A stretch of DNA of 64,000 bases from assembly GCA_951406725.2 (NCBI GenBank), contig OX597837.1, positions 12,276,001 to 12,340,000 of the forward strand. The letters run 5' to 3'. The position numbers and the translations under genes were made by a program. This DNA comes from Octopus vulgaris (taxonomy: Eukaryota). The notes beneath the pieces are model-generated. The model searched no databases, was not told the DNA's origin, and worked only from the letters and a program-made list of their open reading frames with translations. Positions within the stretch are counted from its first letter, which is position 1. The number at the start of each line of letters is the position of its first letter. Positions 16,416 to 28,405 of the stretch are shown here, piece after piece.

Positions 16416-17996
16416 CATGTGCAGATTTGTATGCTTTATGTATGCATTCTCATGCATATAGTTGCATATCTAGACATGCTCATATATATATATTCAAATG
16501 ATAAACTTCTGGAAAGTTTTACAGGAGGTAGTAATCCGGCTACTCATTCATGATAAACTGCTTTGATGATCGATGTTACTATCATCACGAGACTTTCTAC
16601 TGATATATCCATGAATAGTCTTCTGCTCATACAGGCTCATCCCATCATCTGATGATACATTGCGGTAGAGCCGTACGACTTCTTTGGGCATGTATTCTAG
16701 GTTATCAAAGAGTGTTGCTCAAGGAGCTGCCTTCTAAGTCTTATGATGTTATCAGTTTCATGCATGTAAACTCTCTGCATGCTAATTTCAGGTTTCAGTC
16801 GAAGATCACTACGATCGGGAATAAAAGGTTCCTTCAGTTAATTCCTCTGAGAATTGACCAGTTATTTAACAAGGCTGATAGTTGTGGCTCCAAAACTGGA
16901 GATAGTATTCATCGTATTTTCTATAAATAGTCTCTGGCACCAAACACGTGACCTTTCGCTTCGTGTTCGTTATGCATTTTTGTATGTTTCTTCTATTTTT
17001 TTTAATTATTACAAATCCTCCACTGAAGAGGGAGTCGGTTTTCAACCAAGATACAAGGCTCCATCCTTGTGATGTAGCTAACACAGGCAAATTCACATTT
17101 GGAACTTGAGAAAAATTTTGCATATTTTTACTGTTCCACTCACAGATTGCACTTGTAATGTACGAATTAGCTGGTCAATGTTTCTTTCTGAAAATCCATA
17201 GACACACACGCACATAGACACATAGACACACACGCGCACAAATATACACACACACGCGCACAAATATACACACATACGTATATATTTATATATACATATA
17301 TATATACATATATTTATATTGTTACGACCGTCGCTCAACTCAACTCAGGACCCTACGTCGGTGACGACGACTACGCTCAGTCAAACGGAAATCCACCACA
17401 GAAAGCGGAAGTGGGAAGCGGACGCAAGCCAGTAACCGAAAACAACAACAACAACAAAGGAGAGAGACAGCGGAGGCGGTTGCTTACATTTAACAACAAT
17501 TTATATAATTCACAACATCAATTGAAACATTTCAAATACATTTGAAAAACAAGGTTAACAGACATTTAACAATTTCTAACTTTACAAAATCAATCAAACG
17601 TAATAGAGTTAAAAACAATCAATGTCATTTAGCAAAATGACAACGTCCGACTTTTCAAAACAATCAATTGGTTGACATGCCACACAATACAGAATCAAAT
17701 AGTCTTTCTCTTTTCCTAATTTTCTTTTCTTACACAGAGAGTTCGTTCTCAAAGATTCCTTCTTTTTACAGTCTCTTTTTTTTTCTTAAACAGATTACGT
17801 CACAGAGTCGTCTTTCTTTTACATTCAACATCAAAGTCCAAAACACAACTCGAAACATAAACAACAATATCGAATGTTTCTGAACCCACAATAGTAGTCC
17901 AGCTTCTTCGCGTGTGTCTCTCAGCTCCTTCGCTGTCATCAAAAAATTAAAAAGTTTAATAAAACCAGTAAACTTATGAAATAGATATATAAACAA

Positions 17997-18595
17997 CTAG
18001 CAGTATCGCCCGGCGTTGCTCGGGTTTGTAAGGGAAATAACTATATAAGCATTTTTAGAGAGTTATAGCCAAAAAATAGCAAAAAATGCATTAAAAATGG
18101 AAAAAAAGATGATGGTAAATGTTTTTAAATCGTTGACTCATCGTAGACATTTTTAGAGAGTTACTTCCCTTATATAATAGCGAAAAAAATGCATTAAAAT
18201 GGAAAAAAATGATGGTAATTTTTTTTTTAAATCGTAGACTCATCGTAGACATTTTTAGACAGTTACTTCCCTTATATAATAGCGAAAAAATGCATTAAAA
18301 TGGAAAAAAATGATGGTAAATTTTTTTTTTAATCGTTGACTCATCGTAGACATTTTTAGAGAGTTACTTCCTTTATATAATAGCGAAAAAAATGCATTAA
18401 AGTGGAAAAAAATGATGGTAATTTTTTTTTAAATCGTAGACTCATCGTAGACGCACGCTAATACCCAGAAGGGCTCGATATGAATCACGACTATAAGATA
18501 CCCGCTTTTGGTTACACTGCACCGCAAAATGTGGGAGTAGTTAGGAATCTAAATCGTAGGAGACAGACACACAACGTCACTTTTATATATAAAGA
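17997..18595 (-). mobile_element. Non-autonomous Helitron with ~4 internal ~100-bp tandem repeats
   Basis: 5'-TC...hairpin cccgagcaacgccggg...CTAG-3' on the minus strand, with an A|T target. The empty site is visible in the paralogous region (gacaa|gtataagcacatag at ~23825). Confidence 0.85.
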
Positions 18596-19028
18596 TTATA
18601 AGCACATAGAGAGACGATGTATATGATAACGAAGATGAGAAATGATTTCATGTACGCTGTTTTTATAGCTCTACGTTTTATCTCTCTGTTCAGGTTAACG
18701 GAAACAGACGATGAAAGGAACACACCAACTTCCGGTGACTCTGTATTATAGGATATCGCAATGTAAAGGATGCATGTGAAAACCTGAAAGCAGCTTCTAA
18801 CATACAGGCGCCAAACATGAGAATATCAATAAAAACTGAAATATATTTATACTAAGATAGATAAATATATAGAAACAAAAACAAACTTTCCCCCCACACA
18901 AACAGGAACAAACATCTACGCATACACACTCATATAACGAAAAGAAGAAAAACAGTTCCAATTTCGCATTAGATTAAACAAAATCAAAGGAGAGTAAGAA
19001 TTAGAGGTTATCTGAATATCAGTCAACA

Positions 19029-20522
19029 ATGGCGAAGTTTAGCAGCTGTTTCGGTCGATATTGTTCATACCGATGGAAGTTATGTTATATATGTTCGATT
19101 GCGATATTTCTCCTGCAGACGATGAGGGTCGATTTAAGTATGGCCTTTGTTTGTATGTTGAAGACACCAAATCGCACGGCTAACGACGCCAACAGCACTC
19201 AGAGTACCCAACAGTGTTCTGGCCTTGATACTCACAATCAGTCCTCACACGAAACATACAATGGAGAGATCACCTGGAGCAACACTCTTCAAGCGAATGT
19301 ATTAGCCGGTTATTACTACGGTTACATTCTAACAAATATTCTTGGAGGCATTTTAGCAGATAAATATGGCGCTAAAAATATTCTAGGCTTTTCTCTCGTT
19401 TCAGCATCGGCTCTGACTTTGCTCTACCCGAGTTTATCTCGAATAAGTGGTTACTTTACACTTGTCTTAAGGATATTAACTGGGTTAGTATCTGGCCCGA
19501 TGTTTCCAACGGTGCAATCTTTATTTGGTCGGTGGGCTCCACCTCTTGAAAGTAGCACATTGATTGGTCTTGTATGTTCTGGTCAACTCATAGGTAGTAT
19601 TGTATGTTATTCTATATCGGGTTTCCTCTGTGTGTATGGATTTGACAATGGGTGGGGTTCTATATTTTATATATTTGGGGGAATGTCACTGTTGTTCAGT
19701 TCTGCTTGGTTCTATTTTGTCTACGATCGTCCAGAGCTCCATCCGTCTCTTGGTCAAGAAGAACGCGCGTACTTGAATAAAACTGTAAGGTGTAAAAGTA
19801 GAGTTAAAAACATACCCTGGAAAAACATTTGGAGTTCGTCTGCTGTTTGGGCCATCGTTGTTGCCCACACTTGCTATAACTGGACTGATCTTACCCTTAC
19901 CTTATTACTACCACTCTACATGAAAGAAGCCTTGAACGTCGAAACAGAATCAAATGGTTTAATGTCATCTGCTCCTTGGATAGGGCAAGCCATTTCCTTG
20001 CCCTTGTTCGGAAGACTTGCAGATTTTATACGCTCAAAGAACTGTCTGTCAACCCGTTCGATCCGAGTGCTTTTCCAAACTGTGTGTTTCGTTTTCTCGG
20101 CGATTCTATTCATTTCTGTAGGTTTTCTGAAATGTGACCAAGTCCCATTGGCTGGTTTTCTCTTTCTTTTTTGTGGTGTCATCTGGTCTCTCTATATAGG
20201 CGGTTTTAATGTGAACCACGTTGACATTGCTCCGAAATACGCTGGTGTATTGTATGGTATTACGAATACATTTAGTTCCCTACCAGGATTTGTGGCTCCA
20301 ATAACAGCTAGAATACTTACACCGAATGGAACGCAAAAAGAATGGCAAATTGTGTTAGCTTTATGTGCAGGGTTTTCTGTGTTAGGGGCAATAGTATATG
20401 CGATTATGGCGAAAGGGGAAATTCAAGATTGGGCCAAGTACGAAGATAGTTCTATAAATGAAAGAGAATCTCTGAATTTGAAAGAGAGAAGTGCAATTGA
20501 CGGAGATTGTGAAAAGGTTTAG
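19029..20522 (+). CDS. SLC17/sialin-like MFS organic anion transporter, 497 aa, single coding exon (paralog 1)
   Basis: Motifs MRVDLSMAFVCM (TM1 Arg), GGILADKYGAK (MFS motif A), WAPPLE, GWGSIFYIFG, PWKNI, NHVDIAPKYAGVLYGITNT and W..V...GEIQDWA, with ~12 hydrophobic segments. AATAAA lies ~45 nt after the stop. Confidence 0.95.
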   Translation: MAKFSSCFGRYCSYRWKLCYICSIAIFLLQTMRVDLSMAFVCMLKTPNRTANDANSTQSTQQCSGLDTHNQSSHETYNGEITWSNTLQANVLAGYYYGYILTNILGGILADKYGAKNILGFSLVSASALTLLYPSLSRISGYFTLVLRILTGLVSGPMFPTVQSLFGRWAPPLESSTLIGLVCSGQLIGSIVCYSISGFLCVYGFDNGWGSIFYIFGGMSLLFSSAWFYFVYDRPELHPSLGQEERAYLNKTVRCKSRVKNIPWKNIWSSSAVWAIVVAHTCYNWTDLTLTLLLPLYMKEALNVETESNGLMSSAPWIGQAISLPLFGRLADFIRSKNCLSTRSIRVLFQTVCFVFSAILFISVGFLKCDQVPLAGFLFLFCGVIWSLYIGGFNVNHVDIAPKYAGVLYGITNTFSSLPGFVAPITARILTPNGTQKEWQIVLALCAGFSVLGAIVYAIMAKGEIQDWAKYEDSSINERESLNLKERSAIDGDCEKV

Positions 20523-20594
20523 TGTGTTATCTAGTCGCAAAGATTATTGTGGAAGCTTGGAAAATCAATAAAAACATTAATAACCAATGAAATA

Positions 20595-20659
<65 letters not shown>

Positions 20660-20772
20660 GTTTCATTTGTTTCATTTGTTTCAATACTGTTTTTGCTTCT
20701 TGCCGTGTGTCTTTTTGACTCCTAGGGAAGAAACTCGCTGTATACATTGATAAGCCATTAAACTAAACACAC
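20595..20772 (-). mobile_element. R4/Dong-like 3'UTR remnant with (TAA)n tail
   Basis: RC aatgtatacagcgagtttcttccctagg...cacggcaagaagc resembles 7826-7910 and 12946-13055, and ends in (TAA)n. Confidence 0.6.
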
Positions 20773-23700
20773 CAGAATGCTTATTTTCAAAATGAAATGA
20801 AATGAAAAAGATGTGAAAAAAATGTGAGTGGAAATCGTTGTCATATCGACAAAGCTCTTTTCAGTACGTCTGACATACCAGTTAATGCAATCTTTTGCAC
20901 TTCTTTCACGGATGGTAAACCAGGGATCATTCTCAAATAATTTCCAGTTTCTAGTTTTGATGATTCTTAGTGCTGCTACAATCACTGGTATTGTAAACGT
21001 CTTGAGGTGCATGAAACGCTAACCAAGCCGCAATCCGGTCTTTGATGGATCGTGATGGGTTTGTATTACTCGATCCCCAACCAGATTCGTGGCGGTGGTC
21101 TTCAGTGAACGGCTGGCCGGATTGCAGGATGAACATCAATGACCATCTCAACGATCCATCACGACTTTTGGCAACACAGGTGGAGTAATAACACCACGGA
21201 GATACAGAGAGCAATTTTTAGCTGTGCACGATGCCTGATATGGATGGGCTGATATGGAGGGCCTGCCATACGGGCTTTGCGTTTGTACTCTACAAGTGTT
21301 GGGCGATATCTTGGCAGCGGAAGTATGCTGCTGCTCGGATCAGAATGCAAGAATTCCCGTGGCTGTGAAACTAGGAGCCGTAACATTATTAAACAAAGAC
21401 TCGAACGAAAGAGAAAACATTGATAAATGTTGGGCCTTGCAAAATAATTCTGTCACTATTCTGCCTCCAGAAAACTTGTGACCAAAACTTCAACGCTAGT
21501 CTTTGAAAAAACTAGACGTCAATTTTATGTTGGACTCAAATCTATAATTTTTAGCATAACAGACACAGAAATGCAAGAAGTTCATTAAACTATCCTGTGA
21601 TGTTTCCCAGACAAAAAAGACGTCATCAGTGAACCGGAACCAGAGTATAGGTTCATGACCATCAGTAACTGTGCCTCGAATTTCGTCATGAAGACATTAG
21701 CGAAATTAACTACCATAACAATGATAGGAATATCAATAATATTAATACTAGTAATGCTCCTGGCTGCAACTGTAGAGTTAAATCCCACTGTCCTGTATTA
21801 TGTCGATGTTTAATCCCAAACGTAGTTTATAACTGTACAATCGTGACTGAGGCTGGTAACTTTATATATATAGGATGTTCGATAAATATGAAAAAACGTA
21901 TCAATAACCATGCTATATGTTGTGGTATGTGGTGTGCTATATATAATACTATCCCATGATAACTCCTGCCTTGCTAGTCTACCTTCATCCTATTTTGGTG
22001 ATTACACTAGTTATTCCTTTCTATGATGTTCTACCCTACTGATCATGTAAGTAAGTCTCCTTTTGACTAAACCATACACCCCATAGAAACTATAAAATCA
22101 TGCATACAATAACAACCGGCAACATTATAACTTATAAAATCTCTTCTGCCTGAAAAGCTTTAACTGCCTTCACTACTTCCATACCTATTACTCGCTCTTT
22201 TTGGATTACCTTTATCTTTTCCCTGTTTCTAATTTTAAATCCCCGTCTCTTTATATGTAGGTTATATAGATTTAATATTATTTTCTATAAATTCTTATTA
22301 TTTTGCTTTCTTACCTTCATACCCTTACTTACATACCTCTTATCTCTTACAAATTATTATTTTTCTTGTTCTTAAATTGATATTTTTCAGTTACTCAAGT
22401 CTATACGAGATATTTATACTATATCTATATAAGCGTATAAATATTTGTGTATGTGTATATATGCAAATATGCACATATATGTGTGCGCGTATCTGTATGC
22501 ATTTTCACATTTTTCTGATTCACGGCTTAAAATTAATAGATAGTATGTATATCTTTCTAGTTCTTCCATATGGAAATGCCTTGAGCAGTCTTTATAGAAA
22601 CCACCTAATAAGTAATTAATTAAGTACATGTAATGTCTATGTAATCTATGTAATCTTCCTTTATAATATTTATAATTGATATATACCCTACGACCCCACT
22701 ATGCTCAATGCTCCATGCTATTCTTAGAATTTGTAGTCTATTCTTAGCTACAACAGCGACAACATGAATTTCTTCCATCTTCTACGAAAAAACTATATTA
22801 ATGTGTCCTACTTGTTGAAATTCCATTTATTTATTTGTGCAGCTGAAGATGGCATTGCATTTTAATTGATATAATGATTGCATTGTTCAACTAAATGGAG
22901 CCGCTTGTGTTGTATGTCTTGTACTCTGTTTTTTCGTTGTTTGAAAAATAGTTCGTTTCCGTGTTTTTGTTTTTATGTTTTCGTTTCTCAGTGTGTTCTA
23001 CGTTTCTTTGATGTCCTGTACCAATATATGCATGTATATATACATATAGTTGTAGGTATGTACATATATGTATATATGCATATATTTATATTATGTATAT
23101 ATATGATATGTGTATATATATGTATATATATACATATGTATATCTATATATATGCATATGTATATATAAATATGTATATATATGCATGTATATATGTATG
23201 TATATATATATGTATATATATGTATGTATATATATATGAATATACATGCATATACCTGTGTATGTGTGTGTGTGTTTGTGTGTATACACATACCTATATA
23301 GAAATGTTTACTTGTTAGTCGAATCTCGTCCCCCAATGACATAATGATGGAATTCCAAGCAAGTTTCGTGGTTTGCTACCTCAATAGCTCTTTTATAGGA
23401 TCCAGTGGCTAAGGACATCATCAGGAGGAACCACGTCCGGTTTCGGCCCCTACTTCTCTGCCGTTTTCGACGTGGTGACCCCCACCCTTTCGGATGTATC
23501 TTCAGCTCTGGTGTTGGATGCATTTCTTCTTTCTCCATCTTTCTTCTGTTCCCTGGCCTCTTTGATGCAGCGTCAACGAGTGTCAGCGGGTGACTGACCA
23601 TCCTGCCAAATTTCCCTTTAAATACTCAATGGTAGGCTCCAGCAGCCAGCACCAGCTAGTTGTCACGTGACACTGTCTAAACTTCTGATCGACAAGATTC

Positions 23701-24964
23701 ATTTTATACTCAACTAAGGAGTTGGTTTTCGATGTGATCAGCAGAAATTCATGAAGGCGGTGGTCAGCCATGGGTGGAGACAGACGACTGCAATCATTAA
23801 ATTAATGGAATAAATATATAGACAAGTATAAGCACATAGAGAGACGAGGTAAATGATTATCAAGGTGAGAAATGATTTCATGTACGCTGTTTTTATAGTT
23901 CTCCATTTTATCTCTCTGTTCAGGTTAACGGAAACAGACGATGAAGGGAACATACCAACTTCCGGTGACTCTGTATTATAGGATAGCATAATGTACAGGA
24001 TACATAAGAAAAACTGAATTATAAGGCACCAAACACGAGAATATCGATAAAAATGGAAATATAGTAAGATAAATATACATATACAAAAAACTTTACCCGT
24101 TCATATGTACTCACAGACACACATATACATAGAAAGAGACAAATACTGAAGTGTAAGAGATATCTTGACTCTGATTGATAAGAGCCACAATAATCAAAGT
24201 TGGGCATATGAAATAAAACCCAATCGATGTTTGCGCTCATAATTATAAATACTGTACATATACACAGTTAGTATCTCACAAGTATCTCACAACCGGAATA
24301 TTCCAACTGATGGCCATCCATGCCCGTCATCAAATAACCAAAAGAAAAAGAATGAAAAATGGTCTAGGGAAGATAATAAAGAAGTTCTTACGGCCTTCTA
24401 CCATGACATATATTTCCCCACAGATACTTGTATATATACACGGCTAGTATCTCACAAATATTTGCTTAATCCCTCTGATACCGAAGCGCCCGCGCCTACT
24501 CATTTTACTATATTTTAGAGTAATTTGAATTTAATTAAGATTCCATCAAAATTTCAGGTGAAATTATGGTTCAGACATTAGTTTTATATGAAATTCTTTT
24601 TATATGAAATATTTTATGAAATTCTTTGTAATTTTTAAAATCCTTTGAGAGAAAGACAGTTTATTTTAACAGAAATATGGTATGAGAGGAACTGAATGCT
24701 TTCTGATAGTTTGGCTCTGGTTTATGTGAACTAAAACAATTTCGAATACATCACACAAACAAGTATTGATTTAGATACACTTCAAGAAATACAACCTGTA
24801 CAATACACTTATCCCCACCTCACACCCCCACACACAAACAGGAACAAATATCTACGCATACACACTCATATAACGAAAAGAAGAAAAACAGTTCCAATTT
24901 CGCATTTGATTAACGAAAATCAAAGGAGAGTAAGAATTAGAGGTTATCTGAATATCAGTCAACA

Positions 24965-26452
24965 ATGGCGAAGTTTAGCAGCTGTTTCGGTCGATACTGT
25001 TCATACCGATGGAAGTTATGTTATATATGTTCGATTGCGATATTTCTCCTGCAGACGATGAGGGTCGATTTAAGTATGGCCTTTGTTTGTATGTTGAAGA
25101 CACCAAATCGCACGGCTAACGACGCCAACAGCACTCAGAGTACCCAACAGTGTTCTGGCCTTGATACTCACAATCAGTCCTCACACGAAACATACAATGG
25201 AGAGATCACCTGGAGCAACAATCTTCAAGCGAATGTATTAGCCGGTTATTACTACGGTTACACTCTAACAAATATTCTTGGAGGCATTTTAGCAGACAAA
25301 TATGGCGCTAAAAATATTCTAGGCTTTTCTCTCGTTTCAGCATCGGCTCTGACTTTGCTCTACCCGAGTTTATCTCGAATAAGTGGTTAGTTGTCTTAAG
25401 GATATTAACTGGGTTAGTATCTGGCCCGATGTTTCCATCGGTGCAATCTTTATTTGGTCGGTGGGCTCCACCTTTTGAAGGTAGCGCATTGCTTGGTCTT
25501 GTATTTTCTGGTCAACTCATAGGTAGTATTGTATGTTATTCTATATCGGGTTTCCTCTGTGTGTATGGATTTGACAATGGGTGGGGTTCTATATTTTATA
25601 TATTTGGGGGAATGTCACTGTTGTTCAGTTCTGCTTGGTTCTATTTTGTCTATGATCATCCAGAGCTCCATCCGTCTCTTGGTCAAGAAGAACGCGCGTA
25701 CTTGAATAAAACTGTAAGGTGTAAAAGTAGAGTTAAAAACATACCCTGGAAAAACATTTGGAGTTCGTCTGCTGTTTGGGCCATCGTTGTTGCCCACACT
25801 TGCTATAACTGGACTGATCTTACCCTTACCTTATTACTACAACTCTACATGAAAGAAGCCTTGAACGTCGAAACAGAATCAAATGGTTTAATGTCATCTG
25901 CTCCTTGGATAGGGCAAGCCATTTCCTTGCCCTTGTCCGGAAGACTTGCAGATTTTATACGCTCAAAAGAACTGTCTGTCAACTCGTTCGATCCGAGTGC
26001 TTTTCCAAACTGTGTGTTTCGTTTTCTCGGCGATTCTATTCATTTCTGTAGGTTTTCTGAAATGTGACCAAGTCCCATTGGCTGGTTTTCTCTTTCTTTT
26101 TTCTGGTGTCATCTGGTCTCTCTATATAGGCGGTTTTAATGTGAACCACGTTGACATTGCTCCGAAATACGCTGGTGTATTGTATGGTATTACGAATACA
26201 TTTAGTTCCCTACCAGGATTTGTGGCTCCAATAACAGCTAGAATACTTACACCGAATGGAACGCAAAAAGAATGGCAAATTGTGTTAGCCTTATGTGCAG
26301 GGTTTTCTGTGTTAGGGGCAATAGTATATGCGATTATGGCGAAAGGGGAAATTCAAGATTGGGCCAAGTACGAAGATAGTTCTATAAATGAAAGAGAATC
26401 TCTGAATTTGAAAGAGAGAAGAGCAATTGACGGAGATTGTGAAACGGTTTAG
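24965..26452 (+). pseudogene. SLC17/sialin-like pseudogene, recent duplicate of paralog 1
   Basis: Collinear with 19029-20522. ctttacac is replaced by g (net -7 nt), creating TAG at 25388-25390, and there is a +1 A at 25965-25968. Length 1488 = 1494-7+1. Confidence 0.88.
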
Positions 26453-26490
26453 TGTGTTATCTAGTCGCAAAAATTATTGTGGACGCTAGA

Positions 26491-27500
26491 TGTCACCCAT
26501 GTTCCTAACAGCTTTTCTCTTGGAAAATGAAGATATGCCGTACGACTTCCCGCCGTACTGTTATATCTGAACTGTTATCAACCGTTCCTGATGTTCTCTT
26601 ATTACTCTCCAACTGTGTATCTTCAACCAGCACTCCACGATGTCTCCATTGAATAATCCCTATGACCTGTACACTATGACTGCACATATGACACTCTTCT
26701 CAAACTTTTATGCGCATGCTCATTTATACTAACCAGTACAGTTTACTTAGCCAATCACGAGTGTGTACACATTTCCCATACAACACCTCTTCCCTTTGAG
26801 ATTGGCTTTCGCTTTATTTTCTTAATTTTTTTTATTACTCCCACGGGGAGAAATCGGCATATTTTTTCGTTTATAAACAATCTCTAACATCTCCGTCCGC
26901 TTTCTCTTTCTAGTTGACATGCGCACTGGTTCAATCATTTCCTGCGGCGCCGGAATATCAAATATATCATATAATATTTCAATAAGCTCTTGCTGCCTTT
27001 TTCGTCCTTCTGTGTATCTCTTTTTTATTTGACTTACATGTCTCTTATGCTCACACGTCTTCCCTTTCACCATTTATATTACTCTACCAAGACGTTTCGT
27101 TATTCTTCCTTGTTCCTAACTTTGTTTTCCATATTTTTTTCTGACTTAGCCATTCGCTCTTTAATAATTTCAATCGACATATTTTTTTCGTAAGAGAAAA
27201 AAATGCAACAAATAATTTTTCGAAATTAACAGTTCATAAAAAAATAATCACACAGGTTCAAATCTTTCTCCTGTAGCGGGAAAGTGCACACTTTCAACAA
27301 AAGCCTGATAAGCAATCAAGGAACACAATGTAACAAGTAATCACAATAAGAATACCTTCACGGTCCAATTAGCATGAAAAACTCCTTTAGAAATTGGCGC
27401 ATATGACACTCTTCTCACACTGTTCTGCGCATGCTCATTTATACTAACTAATATTGATCACTTAGCCAATCACGTGGATATACAGATTCCACATAAAACA
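26491..27500 (-). mobile_element. LTR retrotransposon remnant (3' LTR 26491-26785, polypurine tract, partial second LTR-like copy ~27400-27500)
   Basis: TGTCA...CAACA termini; adjacent cctcttcccttt is a polypurine tract on the minus strand; 26685-26785 repeats at ~27400-27500. Confidence 0.6.
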
Positions 27501-27529
27501 CAATAAAAATATTAATAAACAATAAAAAA

Positions 27530-27583
<54 letters not shown>

Positions 27584-27629
27584 CATTATTATTATCATCA
27601 TCATCATCATCATCATCATCACCATCATC

Positions 27630-28052
27630 ATTATTACCATATTTAAAGGACAAGAATCACTTTCTATTGAAAGAACTGACCAGCTGCAAAGATGTAAACA
27701 CATTTTTTCTTCTTCCTCTCTCCCTTCTTTCTTTCCTTCTCTTTTCCATTGACACTCCTTTCAGATACATAGACATGCACGCACACACACACACACGCAC
27801 AGGCACGCACTCTCTCTCACTTTCTCCCCGTTCATCACCCTCTCTTACTATCCTATATCTCTCTCCACACCTACACACTCAATAATACTATAAAAAGAGA
27901 CAAATCTCCTGAAAAAATTCAATCTGAAGATTCCACTAGAGTGGATGCAAGCGCTAATATATGATTTGTAAAAGCATGTGACATATTAATAAAAAATCTC
28001 TCTATATAAAACCATCCGGATTTCTGAGTACCTTATTTCTTCTAATATATAT

Positions 28053-28085
<33 letters not shown>

Positions 28086-28315
28086 AGTGTGTGTGTGACC
28101 GCGTGTGTAACTTTGGCGATTTTATTCCTCCATCTTCCCTTCCTTTGATCTTTCCTTTTCCTATGTTTCTGACGAAGAGCTCCGCTCGAAACGTTAAGTC
28201 CTCCTTCTTTCCTTCCTTTCCTGAGCGTCCAATAACACTATATTTGTTCCACGTCCTCGCGTTGTTGTGTTTTCTCTTTGTGTTTTCATGTTTGGATTAA
28301 CTATATATACATACA

Positions 28316-28400
<85 letters not shown>
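27630..28400 (+). repeat. Segmental duplicate (pair at ~34330-35080), upstream of paralogs 3 and 4
   Basis: ttaccatatttaaag...actttctattgaaagaactgaccagctg...ctgaagattccactagagtggatgcaagcgc...ctgacgaagagctccgctcgaaacg...(TA)n is collinear in both places. Confidence 0.9.

Positions 28401-28405
<5 letters not shown>

Noticed and set aside
25429-26452. ORFs 25429-26067 and 25946-26452 as separate genes or exons
   Set aside because: They are frameshift pieces of one copy collinear with paralog 1; no intron sequence lies between them.
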